In this document: positions 61,474 through 64,000 of the stretch, one piece after another
How positions within the stretch are numbered: the first letter of the stretch is position 1
Layout of the letters: the number at the start of each line of letters is the position of its first letter
NCBI GenBank assembly: GCA_021821305.1
Contig: JAKACP010000001.1
Span: 330,453-394,452 of the forward strand
Direction: 5' to 3'
Length of the DNA stretch: 64,000 nucleotides
Source: a bacterium
GTDB lineage: Bacteria; Patescibacteriota; Minisyncoccia; Moranbacterales; UBA1568
Translations under genes and position numbers: made by a program
Notes under the pieces: generated by a model
Told to the model about the DNA's origin: nothing
The model's database searches: none
What the model saw: the letters and a program-made list of their open reading frames with translations, nothing else

Positions 61474-61610
61474 CTAAAAAGTATACGATTCTCTCGCGAT
61501 TTTGGAAAGGAGAAAATCCCTCATCCTCTCCGTCGCGGGAACGGAACATGCTATACTCGCGAGGAATTCATACTGCCGGGTGTCGGCATTTATCGCTGAT
61601 TGAAAGACCC

Positions 61611-62651
61611 ATGAGTACGCCTCCATCCTGGAAATTTTCCACCACATCGGCAGAGACATGGCAAGATATGCTCGCATCCTGTCGCAAGGCGGAAAAAAGC
61701 ATCGACCTCGAGCAGTACATTTTCGGGAGTGACGGGCCGATCATCGAGGAGTGGAGCGCGCTCCTCAAGGAAAAAGCGCGACAAGGGGTGAAGATCCGTC
61801 TGCTTTTAGACGCTCTCGGGAGCTTTTCTTTTTTCCGCTCGGCGCTTTGTACGAATCTTCGGGATTGTGGGATAGCGATCGCGTTCCACAAGGTGACTCT
61901 TCCTCCGTCCATACGTCGCTTCATCCCGTTCATCTTGCGCGATCATCGCAAACTGCTCGTCGTCGATGGCCGCGAGGCGCACATCGGCGGGGTGATCATC
62001 GAGGAGCGCGCTCGCGACTGGCGCGACACGAGCGTCCGTCTCACGGGGGACATCGTGGCGGATTGTGGAACGGCATTCGAAACGGCATGGGACCGGGCTC
62101 TGCACATGCGCCCGATGGGTCAGGTGCTTTCGCGAGAAGGAAGGTCGGCTTTTTATCTCGCAGGCAATTCCTTCCATTTGCAGGACAAAGAGCTCTATCG
62201 GATAATCCTGCGCCATATCGTTTCGGCGAAAAAGGATATCTTCATCACGACGCCTTATTTTTCGCTGACGAGAGATTTGCGCCGCGCGCTTTATTTCGCG
62301 CGCTCCCGTGATGTCGAGGTCAGAATCCTCCTCCCGCGGCGATCGGACAATTTCCTGGCCGACCTGCTCGGGCGTCTTTACTACCGTCGTCTCCTGCGTC
62401 GGGGAGTACGCCTGTTTCACTATACGGGGAACATCCTTCATGCCAAGACCATCGTGATCGATGAACGCTTCGCCTCGGTAGGAAGCTGTAATTTCGATTG
62501 GCTGAGTTTTCGCCTCAATTACGAGCTCAATGTAATGAGCGAAGGGCGGGAGTTCGCGACCGAACTTCGGGAAATATTTCTCAGGGATATCGAAGAATCT
62601 CCGGAGGTGACTCTCTCTACGCCGATATTTCGCGGTTTTTTCAGCGCCTAA
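61611..62651 (+). CDS. Cardiolipin synthase-like phospholipase D
   Basis: Two HKD motifs: HRKLLVVD and HAKTIVID. Confidence 0.88.
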   Translation: MSTPPSWKFSTTSAETWQDMLASCRKAEKSIDLEQYIFGSDGPIIEEWSALLKEKARQGVKIRLLLDALGSFSFFRSALCTNLRDCGIAIAFHKVTLPPSIRRFIPFILRDHRKLLVVDGREAHIGGVIIEERARDWRDTSVRLTGDIVADCGTAFETAWDRALHMRPMGQVLSREGRSAFYLAGNSFHLQDKELYRIILRHIVSAKKDIFITTPYFSLTRDLRRALYFARSRDVEVRILLPRRSDNFLADLLGRLYYRRLLRRGVRLFHYTGNILHAKTIVIDERFASVGSCNFDWLSFRLNYELNVMSEGREFATELREIFLRDIEESPEVTLSTPIFRGFFSA

Positions 62652-62930
62652 TTTTTTTTGCGTCATTTCCCGCATATGGAAATCATTTTTTCATAAAATT
62701 GACGTAGGGCGTTTTATTGAGACCCCATTGAACAAAAGGGTAGGCAAAGTTGTACGACTACTATGGTTTTTTAGAGGACAAAAATCGACTCCAGCCTTCT
62801 GTGGTGATTTTATATTTTCGTAGTATCAGTTTCTTGTCTTTTGTCAGAATGAGCCTGCCTTTTAGACTGGTGAGCAGCTTTCGCTTCTCGAGAAGCCTGA
62901 CATCGGGTAAAATCACGTTATCATATCCGA

Positions 62931-63230
62931 ATGGACATCATCCCTCTTTCCATCCTGACGTTTTTTCTCGTCGTCAATCTGGCGGCGTTTTTGGCCATGC
63001 TTTGGGACAAGTCGCGGTCGAGGAAGGAGGGTGCGGAACGGATTTCCGAGGGGATGCTGTTTTTTCTCGCGGCGGCATTCGGCAGTGTCGGAGTGTATGC
63101 TGGGATGCTCGCGTTCCGGCACAAGACGCGGAAGTGGCCGTTCATCCTTGGCATCCCGCTTCTCATGATCCAAAACCTCGCCTTTCTCTATCTGGCGTAT
63201 TCGATCCTGTCCGAGCGGACTCTCCGCTGA
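62931..63230 (+). CDS. DUF1294-family membrane protein
   Basis: DKSRS...RISE...FRHKTRK. Confidence 0.85.
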   Translation: MDIIPLSILTFFLVVNLAAFLAMLWDKSRSRKEGAERISEGMLFFLAAAFGSVGVYAGMLAFRHKTRKWPFILGIPLLMIQNLAFLYLAYSILSERTLR

Positions 63231-63239
63231 CAGGTATGG

Positions 63240-63938
63240 TCATCGTGCAAGCACGATGCCGAAGACTTTTTTCGCGCCGCGCTTCTTCAGGATACGGGCG
63301 CATTCCTCGAGCGTGGTGCCCGTCGTAGCGACGTCGTCGACGAGCCAGAACGTCTTTCCCTTGATCTCCTCGCGGAGATTTTTTCCTTTGTAGAGGGCGA
63401 AAGCGCCGGAAAGATTTTCCCTGCGTTCCTTCGCGTTCTTGCTCCGCGCCTGGGAGAGGGTGAACCGCGTGCGCCGGAGGATATCGTCGCGGAGCGGGAT
63501 CGACAGACCGGGGGTGAGTTCCGAGGCGAGGATGTCGGCGATGAGGGATGCCTGATTGAATCCGCGGAATCGGAACCGCCACGGGTGGAGCGGTACGGGG
63601 ATGAGCGCATCGGGGATCGGCAGGTCGGTCGCGGAGACCGAATCGACGAGGAGTATCCCGAGCGGATAGGCAAGCTCGGTCACGAATTCGTATTTCAGGA
63701 CGTGGATGGCGTCCTCGACCGTCGGATTTCCCTGGAAGGGCATGGCGGCGAATATCCCGTCGAGCGCGTGGCGTTTCGCACAGGAAAGACAGGTGACGCC
63801 GTAAGGAGTGTCCACACGGCGGCAGAAGGGGCAGTCGTGGCGTTCTTTTCTCGGCAGGGCGTTTCGGCACGCATCGCAGAGAAACGATCCGTCCCGGTTA
63901 CAGCCGACGCAGGCGCGCGGGAAGAGGAGCTCGGCCAT
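63240..63938 (-). CDS. comF: ComF-family double zinc ribbon phosphoribosyltransferase-like protein
   Basis: CVGC...CDAC...CPFC, RGFNQ, LVDDVATTGTTL. Confidence 0.88.
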   Translation of the reverse strand: MAELLFPRACVGCNRDGSFLCDACRNALPRKERHDCPFCRRVDTPYGVTCLSCAKRHALDGIFAAMPFQGNPTVEDAIHVLKYEFVTELAYPLGILLVDSVSATDLPIPDALIPVPLHPWRFRFRGFNQASLIADILASELTPGLSIPLRDDILRRTRFTLSQARSKNAKERRENLSGAFALYKGKNLREEIKGKTFWLVDDVATTGTTLEECARILKKRGAKKVFGIVLAR

Positions 63939-64000
63939 CCATTCGGTTGCGGCCTGGCGTGCGTCACGAAAAAACCGCCCCGTGCGCGGTGACGCGTGGG

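Overview
GC-rich bacterial chromosome segment. The 16S rRNA signatures and gene content point to Patescibacteria/CPR, probably Parcubacteria. The first ~43 kb is core genome: prmC/prfA/rpmE, rpsB-tsf, rpmG, the infA-rpmJ-rpsMKD-rpoA-rplQ-rplM-rpsI operon, ispA-like/uppS, a stand-alone 16S rRNA gene, lexA, valS, tsaD, recG, mscL and 14 tRNA genes. At tRNA-Ser(GCT) (43347-43436) a ~4.3-kb AT-richer element carrying a large serine recombinase is integrated. It is followed by a ~12.5-kb copper/metal-homeostasis island bounded by 465-bp direct repeats. Most notable observations: (1) the recombinase element carries an internal, inverted copy of its own predicted attP, so both the recombinase gene and the cargo are flanked by inverted repeats, and inversion would swap the recombinase C-terminus and promoter; (2) four dispersed 160-185-bp elements have terminal inverted repeats, TAA/TTA duplications at two copies, and a covarying secondary structure; (3) several tRNA fragments are interrupted by short palindromes; (4) RpoA lacks its C-terminal domain, and the arginine tRNA set is GCG/TCG/CCG. 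All calls come from reading the sequence by eye; no searches were run.
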